DNA of 53,601 nt, the filler included, from Catajapyx aquilonaris (taxonomy: Eukaryota), in assembly GCA_000934665.2 (NCBI GenBank). It is 2 parts of 2 records of this genome, joined end to end, with 100 filler letters (N's around TTAATTAATTAA, not from the genome) between each part and the next. Parts side by side here need not be neighbours in the genome. Positions count along the whole stretch, not along the records: positions 1 to 26,746 come from KZ539298.1; positions 26,847 to 53,601 come from JYFJ02005168.1. One strand, 5' to 3'. Below the pieces are notes generated by a model that saw only the letters and a program-made list of their open reading frames with translations, was not told the DNA's origin and searched no databases. Of this stretch, positions 23,711-34,900 are shown piece after piece. Numbering within the stretch: position 1 is the first letter of the stretch; every line of letters begins with the position of its first letter. A program made the position numbers and the translations under genes.

Positions 23711-25290
23711 ATACATATTAACATTTGACAATCAAGTTTTTGAATGTCAAGATTATATAGTCAAGAAATGAGACATTCAGAGGGCAATGGCAATAATTAT
23801 GTAGAAATGACGTTCACTGGACATTCACTAAACATGCTTGAGTTACTGGGAGATGCTTCAATGAGCTCAAGTAAAAAAGAAAATCTCCCATTACATAATT
23901 ATACAATATCCATAACACTTGGATCCGTCGTAATAAATTTTCCCTTTACGTATCCTATCCATCCCGCATAATCGTATATTTTGCGCTAATTTGCTTCCAT
24001 ACATGCGGGCCTGAGTCAGTCTCAACGTCGAAAGTGCATTCGCATATTACCAACCCCTAGGCAACGCAGATCCAAACTACCTCTTCCCTCCTGCAACACA
24101 TTTCAATCGACGAAAAAGGTGACAGTGGCTCGCCGATAGTTTCAGCCTGAAATCCGGTGCTGCACATTGACCCTCCCAGGAATGCATCTGCCAGCCACCG
24201 GCCCCTTTCATCCAGACAATCAGGGTTTTTTTTAGTTTTTTTTTTTTTTTACCCGCATTGGCCAGGCAATCATTCCATAATTCCTGTCAATCACCCTGAA
24301 TATAGTTGCATCCCCGTCACAATCATGCAGCCCTCCCACAATATAAATCCATCCTCCACCCGAAATGTTCGCCACAAAAATATGTTTCCCTCTCGAGCAG
24401 CCACAAGCAGCTGGACTTGCTTTAGTGGGAGTCAGATGGGCCATAAACCCCCCCTATATTTCCGAACACGTTCTGAATACCTTCGTCCTGGCCATGTCCA
24501 TCGACTCCCCCACCCCCCACTTATTCTGGTTGCTGCAGGAGGCCAAATGTGTCGCCGCTTCCCAAGAAGGGCCAAGACATGCTTTTACACAGCTAGCCTG
24601 CAAATTATCGATTTCTTCCGTTGCTTTTTTCCCTCTCCCAACTTCCCCCCCCCCCCCCCCNCCCCCCAAGCCAGTTCCACCCGCCCATCCCACCCAACTT
24701 TCGCGTCCGTCCAAGCCACATACCTTGCGCGATATTATTTATCCGAGCCAAGTAGCAAAGCGAAACCGGGGGAGGATGGGTGGGTTCAAACCCCGGGATC
24801 GATCTGGTCGTACCTCAGAATGAATGGGATAAATGCCACCTGCCCTCTCATAATCGATTCCTCCCTCACCTGAGAAGAGCTAGCCCAGCCCAGCCCCAGC
24901 CCCAGCCTAGCCTCGATACATGTATAACAAACCCTCGGACTTCACGTGATTCAGTGCTTCACACACGTGGACAACCGAGTCGTGGGAAGGTCAAGCCCAG
25001 ACAGCCCCGCAAAAATTATCAGCATCTGTCGAAACACCCCAGCCCCGCCGTCTCGCATGACAATAGACGAAACCCGACTCTTCCTCTACCGAGATGACGT
25101 ACCTAGAGGTCATCATGGACATTGCTCTCTCAGAANCCCCCCCCCCCCTACAGAAATGGGGACGCAATCATCTGGGAGGTCCACGGGAAGGTGGGGCCCC
25201 CAAGAAGAAGAAGCACCATTAATCTGCGGGTTGGCCGCCACAATCAATAGCAACCGTCTCTCTTGCGCGTCCCTTTCCTTCCTTCCTTAC

Positions 25291-25420
25291 CTCCCCGCCC
25301 GCCCCTAAGAAAACCCTGCCATCTTTTCTACCCCACTTTCTACATTTCGCACTGCAAAACCCCGCCCTTCCCTGTCTCCCTAGTACTATATTTCAAACCC
25401 CCCGCCATTTTGGCTCCAGC
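25291..25420 (-). promoter_or_regulatory. candidate tou TSS region / first non-coding exon
   Basis: GC-rich, TE-free region; YY1/Pho-type motif CAAAATGGCGG (plus-strand ccgccattttg, 25402-25412); strong donor GAG|GTAAGG at 25290. Inferred only; other donors exist near 24870 and 25100. Confidence 0.4.
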
Positions 25421-26845
25421 CTGACCCTGTGCGGGATGCAATTATGTGGGGCTTAATGCCGTGTTATCAACAATCGGCGTGTTTTTCGCACACTCGACCG
25501 GGCTTGGCTCCGGAGCTTGCGCACTGCAAATGGCAGGAAAAGCCAGGCGATATTAATTGATTTTTGGGTGACGCTTTTCCGTGCGGATTATTATTCATCC
25601 GGCTACAGCCGACTCCATAAATGTAGCTCTGCAAACCCGCGCCGCCTACCTGGAGGGCCCCCCAGGAATTACTCGAGTAGATGTATTCATGTCGGTAGGG
25701 AAATTGTTTATTTCCTTAGACATCTTTTCGTTTGCTCACGGAGTGGAAAGTTCATTTTGAAGCGGTTTATTTTGATTATTTATTATCAGCCTGGGGAGGG
25801 GGATTTCAGCCTTTCAAGTCAGCCTCTGAATCCCACCCACTATCAAAACCCAAGTAACACTAGCATAAGCATATTATGGCAGTGTAATAATATGGTGACA
25901 GAATTTAAAACCCGATGACACTATATATAGTTTTTTATAACACAATACAATAACCACTGTTTCAATAATTCCGAGCCAATCGCGAATGGTGTGAGTGCTA
26001 TAAAAGCCAGGTTCGATTAGTGGAAAATGACTAAACACCCTTTTGTTTACCTGAATTGTTGTGGGAGGGTGTCGATTACACGGCTATTTCCAGCAGCAAC
26101 GACTATTATTAGCTGGCGAGATTCCATCTACAAGTTATTTTCGTCCCTCATAATGGCGGAGAATTCGATGAAAGCTTTTCCTGTGATGTCCTATCGACTT
26201 ATTTCCGCGGAACATGACAGGATGCGACAAAGACACAGTCTTTTCCACCCCATTATCTTTGTCTCCCATCGCAAACTACACGTGATAACAAAAGGATTGG
26301 CGGCCTTTAAATGCTCCCGCACATTGTTGACGACCCCAGCAGCCGCCTACTTACTCATGCCGGAAGCCTTCGATTTCTTATTTTTGGTCATCGATTGCGA
26401 ATCTCTTCCGCCGTTTTGTACCGAACGCAATTTGTGTCGAAGCCACTTCCGGCAATTTGATTACCGGTAAATATTTGCACTCGTTTCTAAAACGTTTACG
26501 GAGCTCCCTTGGCGATCAACAACAGGTGCACCAATCAGGTGCCAATTATAGCCTCCGGCTGGAAAGCACACGCTCCAATTTTCTCCAGGTTCAATGAGAC
26601 GTCAAGACAGTATTATGTTCCAATTTGTTCATCCCCTCCGGATGAATGAATCCGGGAAGAAACAATCCACCCACTACACTGTCGGAGGTCAAGGTGGTCA
26701 ATGCGTCTCTTGGCTACAGTTACAGTATTAGCACCTCATCCCCCCCNNNNNNNNNNNNNNNNNNNNNNNNNNNNNNNNNNNNNNNNNNNNTTAATTAATT
26801 AANNNNNNNNNNNNNNNNNNNNNNNNNNNNNNNNNNNNNNNNNNN

Positions 26846-27314
26846 NGCATAGTTTTTGCGTACGACGCCTTCAAGATTTCGGCAGTTTCATGACGTCACA
26901 TCCGCCTTGAGGCCCCCATTGCGTCATCATACATGTTGTTGTAGCTGTTGCCATTGGCACTGATTATATATTGGTGCGAATATTGTCAACTGTGATTGTT
27001 GAGAAATAAACAACGGTATCTGTGGCCAGTCGACACCTCAATTGCCAGTCTGAAATCGTTGTTTATTTCTCAACAATCACAGTTGACAATATTCGCACCA
27101 ATAATCAGTGCCAATGGCAACAGCCACAACAACATGTATGATGACGCAATGGGGGCCTCAAGGCGGATGTGACGTCATGAAACTGCTGAAATCTTGAAGG
27201 CGTCGTACGCCAAAACTATGCAAGTTAGCCCAAAACTACTTCCACATCCCTATATTAGTTTTGCGAGTCCTATCAGGCTACCTGGCGACTTTCCGCGAGT
27301 TTTTGAGCACCCTG
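26846..27314. mobile_element. foldback MITE, left end lost in the gap
   Basis: About 170-bp near-perfect inverted arms centred near 27035; right end caccctg|TA is shared with the 44345-44796 family. Confidence 0.8.
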
Positions 27315-27937
27315 TATAGGCTCAGGTAACAAAATTTAGGGAAGAAAGCTTGCCAAATTCTTCAGAAAGATATTTATTTATTTATTTGCGAAAAAGGGCA
27401 TCTTTGGGTATACTTGTTTATTTATCCTAATTTATCGGCGCCACCCGGTATAATTAGAACCCTTTTTTTCATTCCTCAAAAAAAAAAAGAATCCTATAAC
27501 ATTCCCAAGGTTCCTATGCTATAAATTTTCATGTACTGTACAGCAAAACCTCAATATAACACTCTTCAAGGGACCTACCCAAAGTAGCAAGCTATAAGCG
27601 GGAAGGCGCCGGTACAATTAAAAAAATACATGATAATCTCATAGCACGCTCATAGTGCAACACTTAATCATCCGTTCCGACAGTCCCGCGCCTCGCTTGC
27701 GGGTAGTTCCGAAAATGACCGTTGGTGGCGCGCGGGCAAGCATCAACGCTACCAGGCTACAGGCTAACTGTGTTGTTAACTTGTTATGGACAACTGATAG
27801 TTACTAATGACGGGTTTTAGAGAGAGCAATAAAACACCCATCCAGCTTCTTCCGCCATCTTAGCGTCTCCCCCTAGTTCCTTCCTTTATTCCCTTGTCAG
27901 GGTGAGAAACAAGGTACATGCTTCGAGACTCAAGTCC

Positions 27938-28008
27938 GTATAGACCGGTATAGACCACGGTATAGACCAAGTATAGACCGGTACAGACGTGGTACAGACC
28001 GGTACAGG
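27938..28008. repeat. short tandem repeat GTA(T/C)AGAC, about 7 units
   Basis: Seen directly; unit spacing 10-12 bp. Confidence 0.85.
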
Positions 28009-28228
28009 CGTTTATAATTTTTCTGATAATGGCTTGGTTTTACCTGGAGTTAAATGACAGGTAAGTATTTATGATGCGAATGACTCGAGGAATGACTCCC
28101 ATGAATTATTTCTGAAGAAGCCTGCGTGATCCGAAGTTTGTGCTGGCAACACTGGGATCGCATGTTCCCTGCCAGTCCAGTGTGACACTCCCATAGGACA
28201 CTCCCTATCCCAGTACATTGCTCCCACG

Positions 28229-28487
28229 TGTGAGTTTAGCTATGCTCCCCCACCGAGGGAGTTTGCCACGGGCGGCGCTAGTCATCCTACCCAGTAGCAC
28301 AGCGCCTTACCTAGCGGGGATATTCTGAACCAGGCATCGATGCATCAGTACCCCATGTATGATAATGTAATATGGTTTTAGAAATTCCCGCTAAGTAAGG
28401 CGCTGCGCTACTGGATAGGGAGACTAGCGCCGCCCGTGGCAGACCCTCTCAGTGGGGGAGCAAGTCAACGGAGCAAGCTAAGCTCAC
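28229..28487. mobile_element. palindromic MITE-like element directly upstream of POLR3E
   Basis: Inverted arms such as tgccacgggcggcgctagtc / gactagcgccgcccgtggca; superfamily unresolved. Confidence 0.65.
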
Positions 28488-28620
28488 TCAAAATGGCAGG
28501 GAGTTATCTGATTGGTCCCTGCTCTGATCCCGCCGGCTCCCGCGAAAGCACTGCACTAGTGCACTGCTGTACTGCGTTGGTGCTAGGCAGGCAGCGTGTG
28601 TGCAGGTTGTGTGTTGGAGC
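28488..28620 (+). promoter_or_regulatory. candidate POLR3E core promoter
   Basis: caaaatggc (YY1-like) near 28489 and an inverted CCAAT box (ctgattggt) near 28508, followed by GC-rich sequence up to the ATG. Confidence 0.35.
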
Positions 28621-28693
28621 TCGGTAGTTTGTGTGTGTTAGGACTTAGGAGAGGAACAGGGCTTTGGAGAGGGTAGGCAGGCGTAGACTCGAT

Positions 28694-28936
28694 ATGCCCA
28701 AGACGCCCGTAGTTGTGAAGGAGGAGGTGATGGCCGGAGACGATGAGCCTTCCTCAGGAGCATCGGCCTCCATGTCGTCTCTGCTGCCCACCGCCACTGC
28801 TGGAGACTCATGCAGAGGACACGCACCTCACAGTACGTCGTCCACCGCAGCAACGGGGGGAGACGATGAAGCCGAGGAGGAAGAGGAAGAGGAGGAGGAC
28901 TACGACGACGACGACGATGATCCAGTAGTGGCAGAG
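28694..28936 (+). CDS. POLR3E: POLR3E coding exon 1 (acidic N-terminus, ends DDPVVAE)
   Basis: ATG at 28694, 243 nt, donor GAG|GTGATT. Confidence 0.88.
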
Positions 28937-31900
28937 GTGATTATTGTAATGTGCTCACTGCGCTATAAATGTGCACGGTCATCGAAAAAGAATGGCCCAT
29001 TTTAAAAACCCTGTAACTCGAAAACTTGTTGAGATATCTTAATGATTTAAGTTGGAAACTAGGAAAACCCTCGCTCTGCTCGAATTTTCCTAGGGCGCAG
29101 GCCTAGAAAACCATTCGCTTCGCTCGCTCATTTCTAGGCCTGCGGCCTGAGGTGTAGGCCATGTTCTTAATGATGCTCATCCAACAATTATCCGCATCAT
29201 ACTCCCCTCCCCCGACCTATCTCCCGCCTGCCTCCCCCCCCCCTCCTTATATTAAACCTTTGACGCTTAAGTAGGCTACATCGTAATTATTATGATGTCC
29301 TGAGGGCTTTTTAATTTGGCGTGCGAGGATGTGCATAGAGAAGGCGACCTTTGCGGTGCCAAACCCGGTTCAATATGCTCCTGCCATCTCTTGGACGGTG
29401 ACTCCACCACCATAGCAACTCCAGATTCCACCCCTGTTCCCGCCAAGTTGAGTCGTATATGCCAAGGTCACGCTGCTCCCACGTGATCGTTTATGTAAAC
29501 ATGTTCCCTCAGTACAGGGTGTCCCATAAAGTCTGGACCCTTGGGAGTAAATCATAGTACAGTGTATTGTGGTAATATATTATGCAACCATAAGAACGAT
29601 GTATAGTGCAGTGGTTTCCAACCTTTTACCAACTGCGACCCCTTAAACATGTTTCCATAAATGTGAGACCCCCTCGGCCCCTTCTACAACTGACCCATTT
29701 CCAGAAAACATACACTCTGTACAGCCGCAAAAATGGTTCAATTTACACAGAAATTGCAAATAAATAAATAAAAGGTTGAACGAAGGCTCGCGACCACCCG
29801 CGACCCTGCCGGCGACCCCCAGGTTGGAAACCACTGGTATAGTGACTGAGTAAACTGTTAGGCCTATCGACTTTCTGAGAGCCGGACGATTCTAAAAAGT
29901 TTGTTTCCGGGACACCCTGTAAATGATTNCCCCCACCGGCATTTTACAATCAAAAGGACCACCACGAATTTAAATGATTTTGTCGCAAAGTTATTATTCA
30001 TTAACATCACTCCTACATATAATTTTGAACAAAAAGAAGGAAAGAAATGGCCCAAAAACCTGCCAATTGTTGGTTGCTAGTTGTGCCAACTCACCCTTTT
30101 CTGACTTTTAACAACCTGCCAGTTGGCTCAACTGGAAAACCAAAAATATTACATTCCAGGCTAATAATTCGAACGTGGGAGGTTTGCAACCCGCCTTCTG
30201 ACGTTCGATTCTACGTATTCGATGGTATATAGTCAGTTTCCGACACTACACCGAAAGAAGTGCCTCGAAGACAGCGTGGCTGTACTTCGCACCTGTGAAA
30301 GCACCGCGCATGAGTAGGCCTATACGCACGCACATCCAAAGCAGTCCGACCAATAATGCTAACGTTTCGAGTCAAGTATACGGGACATTCGCCGAATCAA
30401 TTAGAAAACAGTACCTGCGGCTTGCCGACCCTTTGATTCGTTGTTTTGCTTCTGGGTTTGAAGTCGGGGAAGTGACCCGGAATTAATTCCTCGATGATCA
30501 GAATACAGATGGGTTACAGATGGGATTGTCATCACTCAGGTCCGAATCGTAAGTTGCTAGGTTACGAACAAATTGATTCGGCGAATGTCCTGGGTATACT
30601 TGACATGAGCCACCACGGCCCCGCCGCGGCGAGGGGGNGGGGGGGGGCGGGGCGGGAGAGACGAAAAAGAGCGACCTTCACCCAAGGAGGTCAGCAGGAA
30701 ACTGGACGTGTTCCACCCCCACTGCGCATGCTCGGAACGGGGGCCAATCGGAGGCATCATGGTAACAATGCGTCATGGATATGACGCAGCAACAATGGAT
30801 GGGGGCCAATGGGAAGAGGTGGCGGCAACAATACGGGGGAGGACCAATCAGAGGGCTCGGCCAAGCAACCCAAGCATTTTAATATCATAGATGTTCTGAG
30901 ATGTCTAAAGTTTTGATCTTTCCATTGATTGTTTCGATATATGAGCTCCTTGTGTCGCTGGAAAAATGTAAATACGGTAATCGGTGTCTTGCCTAACCCG
31001 CTCAGGCACGTCTGACGTTACTGTTGCAATCTTTTCCCGTAGGTGATGGAGATGGCACATCTTTCACCATTATACTTGTATCTCCACAAAAAAGTTCATC
31101 GGGGTAAGATCTGGGCTTCTGGGGGGGGCGTTAGGGATTAGGAAACTTCTCATTCAAGACCTAGCACACTGGGAGGTTGATCAAATAAAAGTTTCATGCA
31201 GCAGGTATGTTTCATGGAAGAAGCAACTTTTATGTGCATCATCAAGAACAATGAGTATTGTGTAAAGACCCGTCATATCCAGCACCTACAGCAGTGGTTC
31301 TTAACCTTTTCGTGCCTTCTCAACCCTTCGAAGACAGTTGCTCCTTGTCGCACCCCCTATACCAGGGGTGATTGATTAAGTTCATAGTTAGGAGTGCACC
31401 TTGATCGCCAGATAGCAGAATCGAAGTTATGGGACCCACCCATGGAAATTATGGGACTTCTCCGAAGAAATGTGGTACTTTTCGAAAATGGCGCATTTAA
31501 TGACAAGTAAATTAAATTTGAAGTAAAAACCCTTCCATGCAAGAGTGGAACGTGTCGTAAAGGGCGGAGAAAAAAAAGTGTTCAAGGTGACACATTTGTG
31601 GTGAATGTAACTGACTGGGAGATTTGAATGGGTGGGTGTGGGTGTATATTATGATGAAATTGGTAGCACTTTTTTCATGGAAGTGGAATTACAGAGTAAT
31701 ATTGGATTTGACTAAATATGGTATTTTTTGTGTACCATTATGGTACATGGTACAGACCTGGAAATTATGGCATGAATACCATAATTACAGTACATCTGGC
31801 ACCTCTGCTCGCACCTGCCCCCTAGGGGTGTGAGTACCCCAGGTTAAGAACCGCTGACCTACAGGATAGGATTGCAGCGGTAACTCCAGATATGATTGAG

Positions 31901-34900
31901 TGGGTTTGGCATGACACTGATACCGCCTTTTTACCTTCCGAGCGACAAATTAAGTTCATATCGAAACAACTAATGTGAGTTCAAAACCTTTGACCTTTCT
32001 TAGTATTTCAAAACATAAATCATTAACCCAGATATGCCGAGTGTCCCCTATAGGGGACACCTGCACAGTTGTTACATTTTAATTTTTTTGCGCAGGTTCT
32101 TCTGCTGCTAAAGAGCTGGCAGTAGTGACGGGGACTTCAGGAGAGTCCCAGCTAACGATACAAGTTCAAACCGGCTCAATATTGCTTCAGATTTTTAAGA
32201 TGCAGGTGTTTGAATTTAAACTCAGGAAATAATGGCTGCACCTCCACGTTCCGAAGACAATTAGTAATTAATTCTCGAATGTTGATTAGCATTGTGAGTT
32301 ATTTTTTGTTTGTAATACTTAGAAAACTTATGAATGATGATGTCGATGTGGAAATATAGGAATATTTTTTACTTTCCTTGTCTGAGAGTAGTGCTGAAAT
32401 CTGGCGTCCCTTTGCGGGAACACAAGAGGCAAATGCACCCACATTCGGACAAGTAAAGTATGTTTGTGGATTTTGTATGATTTGTTGAACTGTATTTTAA
32501 TGAATCCATACAATTAAAACGAGATTACATGCCAATTGGTTAACATGGCAACCGTTGCAACAATCCTTGATTGTTGATGATTGTTACTCAATTACAACCC
32601 ATTCTTTGCGCGGCCTGTTTCCAATGGTAATGCAATCGACAACAATCAATCATCGATGATATTATGAAACTATGGATGTCGCTGAATGTCACTGTTGCCA
32701 CGGTAATGTAATCAACAACTGTTATAGCCCTACTATAGGTTACATTTTCCTAGCATCCCATAATTATAGGAAACGGCCATTTTCTCGCAAACAAGCAGTC
32801 AGAAAAATGTTTTATCTCACTTTTTGTGTTTTGGGAACTAATATGAACTAATAGAAACAAAAAAAGTTAAAAAATTCAACAAAAACATTTCCAGGCATAT
32901 CTGGGTTAAGATATGTCTGCAAGTTTTCGAGTTATAGGGTTTTTAAAAATGGGACATTCTTTTTCAATGACCCTGTATAATGCCACCCACTAAATGCATA
33001 ATGTACAGTGGGTCTGTTTGTTTATCAGATGGTGTAGTGTCAGGGGCAGTGTAATGTCATGGTGTGAAAAAGCCTTGCACCAGCCTTCTACTCTCAAACT
33101 ACTCTTGATGTACACCAGCTTGTGCTGCTGTTACATCAGGGCAAAACCAGCCCACAAATGAATAGGCCTGGTATTACTCTGCCCAGGTTGACGGTTGGTC
33201 CCAATATGGTCCCAATCAGGGGGGAGCCGTCCCGACAGATTTGCGCTTGTCACGTGACCGTGCCTTTTGGCGTGACATCACGGGGAGGATAAATTCAAAC
33301 TGGGATAGGGCTTTCCATGCAATGTCATGCACTTTACGTAATTATTTTCACACACTTCTAAGTGAGCTCAAATTTTGAGAATTGGCAGACCTGTAACCCA
33401 GACATCCAAGACTACGTCAATTGTCCCGAATCACACATTTTCGCCCTGGGGCCGGCCCAAGGGCGAAACTTCTTAGGCAAGGCAAAAAGGGCACATAACC
33501 GAATGACACAAATTGGCACACTGAACACTGACATTGAACCACCGACACACATACGCAAAGATTGTAACACAATTCACACCACCACACACTTTGTACGTAC
33601 CGTATTTACTCGCATATAAGACGCACACGCATATAAGACGCACCCCGGTTTTGAGGCGAAAAATCGTGGAAAATCGGTTGTTGACTCATATAAGACGCAC
33701 CCAGATTTATTGCCGTAGTTTGGGAACTGGCCTCGCAATGCATGTGCAATGCATGTGCGTGTGGAATCCATTAGAATCCAGTAAAGGGGGGGGGGAGGGG
33801 AAAATGTGACAATGCTACGCATCTGAAACGTATAGGTGGCAAGGTCACACCGGAATTGTGCACGTGTGGGGACGGGGAGAGCATATCAATGGAAGTGAAG
33901 GAGAAACGCAGGTCGTACCGTGCCGATTTCAAGAGGAAAGTGATCAACTGTGCTGACAGGACATCAAACAAACAAGCTTAAATTTTTCAATAAACGATTT
34001 TCACGATTTCTCACGGGTTTCACCCGTTTTGCCCTGCCGTATAAGACGCACACGCGTATAAGACGCACCCTACTTTTTGAGCTACATAAATCGGAAAAAA
34101 AAGTGCGTCTTATATGCGAGTAAATACGGTATATGAAGACATATGTACCCTTGCTTGTACCACAACATAATACATAGGATCTAATGATGATAATGATGAT
34201 GATTATAATCATTATTATTATTGTTGGTATAATTATAATTATAATAATGTACTTGGCAATGTCTGCAAAATCCGCGATAAAAAATTAAACGGCAGATTTC
34301 TTCCACTTCTTATTTTTCCTAGCTGCTGCACGTGTTGCCCTCTCTTCCAGAAATGTTTCGTTTAAAAAACGTAATCTTATGAAGGTTCTGACCTGGACAA
34401 AATGACGGGACTCCAGCGGGACAAACAGTAAACTACACGAACAGCCGTGAGTCAGCTCAGCTAATAAAAAAGCCGCTTCGCCAAAATATTTGTGCACGTG
34501 ATGCACCCAGATGCAGGTGCATGGTAATGAAGTTAGGCCCCCAATATACGGTACGCAGATGTCCACTTTTCCTGATTGGTTTCAAGGCAGCTACTTCTGA
34601 AACAAAAGCCTGATGTGCCAAAATATTGTCAAAATACCACTGCAGTCTTATTATGTTTCATCCTTTATTGCACTTAACTTGTACTGACGTAAAATACTAA
34701 TATAATATTTAACAGAATCATACTTCATCATATCTGGAAATATTATCGTCGGTGTTGGCAATGGCAATAAACAATAAAGTCATGAAGTACTTGTATTTCA
34801 GTATCCTCTAACAATTTCTGCACTTCTTCCCACTTTTATACAAGCCTCTTGGCCGCCCCGAAGCAGAGCGATTTGGTTCTCGTACTTTTACCACTACTTT

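Larger units (their letters stand above)
29059..30891 (-). mobile_element. non-autonomous Helitron
   Basis: Minus strand reads A|TCTATGATATTAAAA..GC-rich hairpins (cgagcgaagcga)..CTAG|T, with no TSD, interrupting the host element; a related 3' end lies at about 35316-35385. Confidence 0.8.
28974..32975 (-). mobile_element. second copy of the 3593-4669 Tc1/mariner derivative, expanded by nested insertions
   Basis: Same TIRs; internal pieces at 30892-31291 and 31857-32026 are colinear with about 3680-4230; PPRSPDLTP remnant on the minus strand near 31100-31128. Confidence 0.85.

Noticed and set aside
24157..25308. Long overlapping ORFs (up to 238 aa)
   Set aside because: GC-rich, low-complexity 5' region of tou; no recognisable domain, and ORFs in several frames on both strands
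25977..26470. CCAAT plus TATAAAA followed by a 147-aa ORF
   Set aside because: No recognisable protein features or supporting structure; cannot be supported without expression data
26791..26802. TTAATTAATTAA between two N runs
   Set aside because: Six-frame stop linker of the kind added during scaffolding; an assembly artefact
27938..28008. Regularly spaced short repeats as a CRISPR-like array
   Set aside because: Units are 10-12 bp with no unique spacers, in a eukaryotic context
28054..28675. ATG at 28054 spliced to 28642 as the POLR3E start
   Set aside because: The spliced frame stops after 13 codons, and the acceptor lacks a pyrimidine tract
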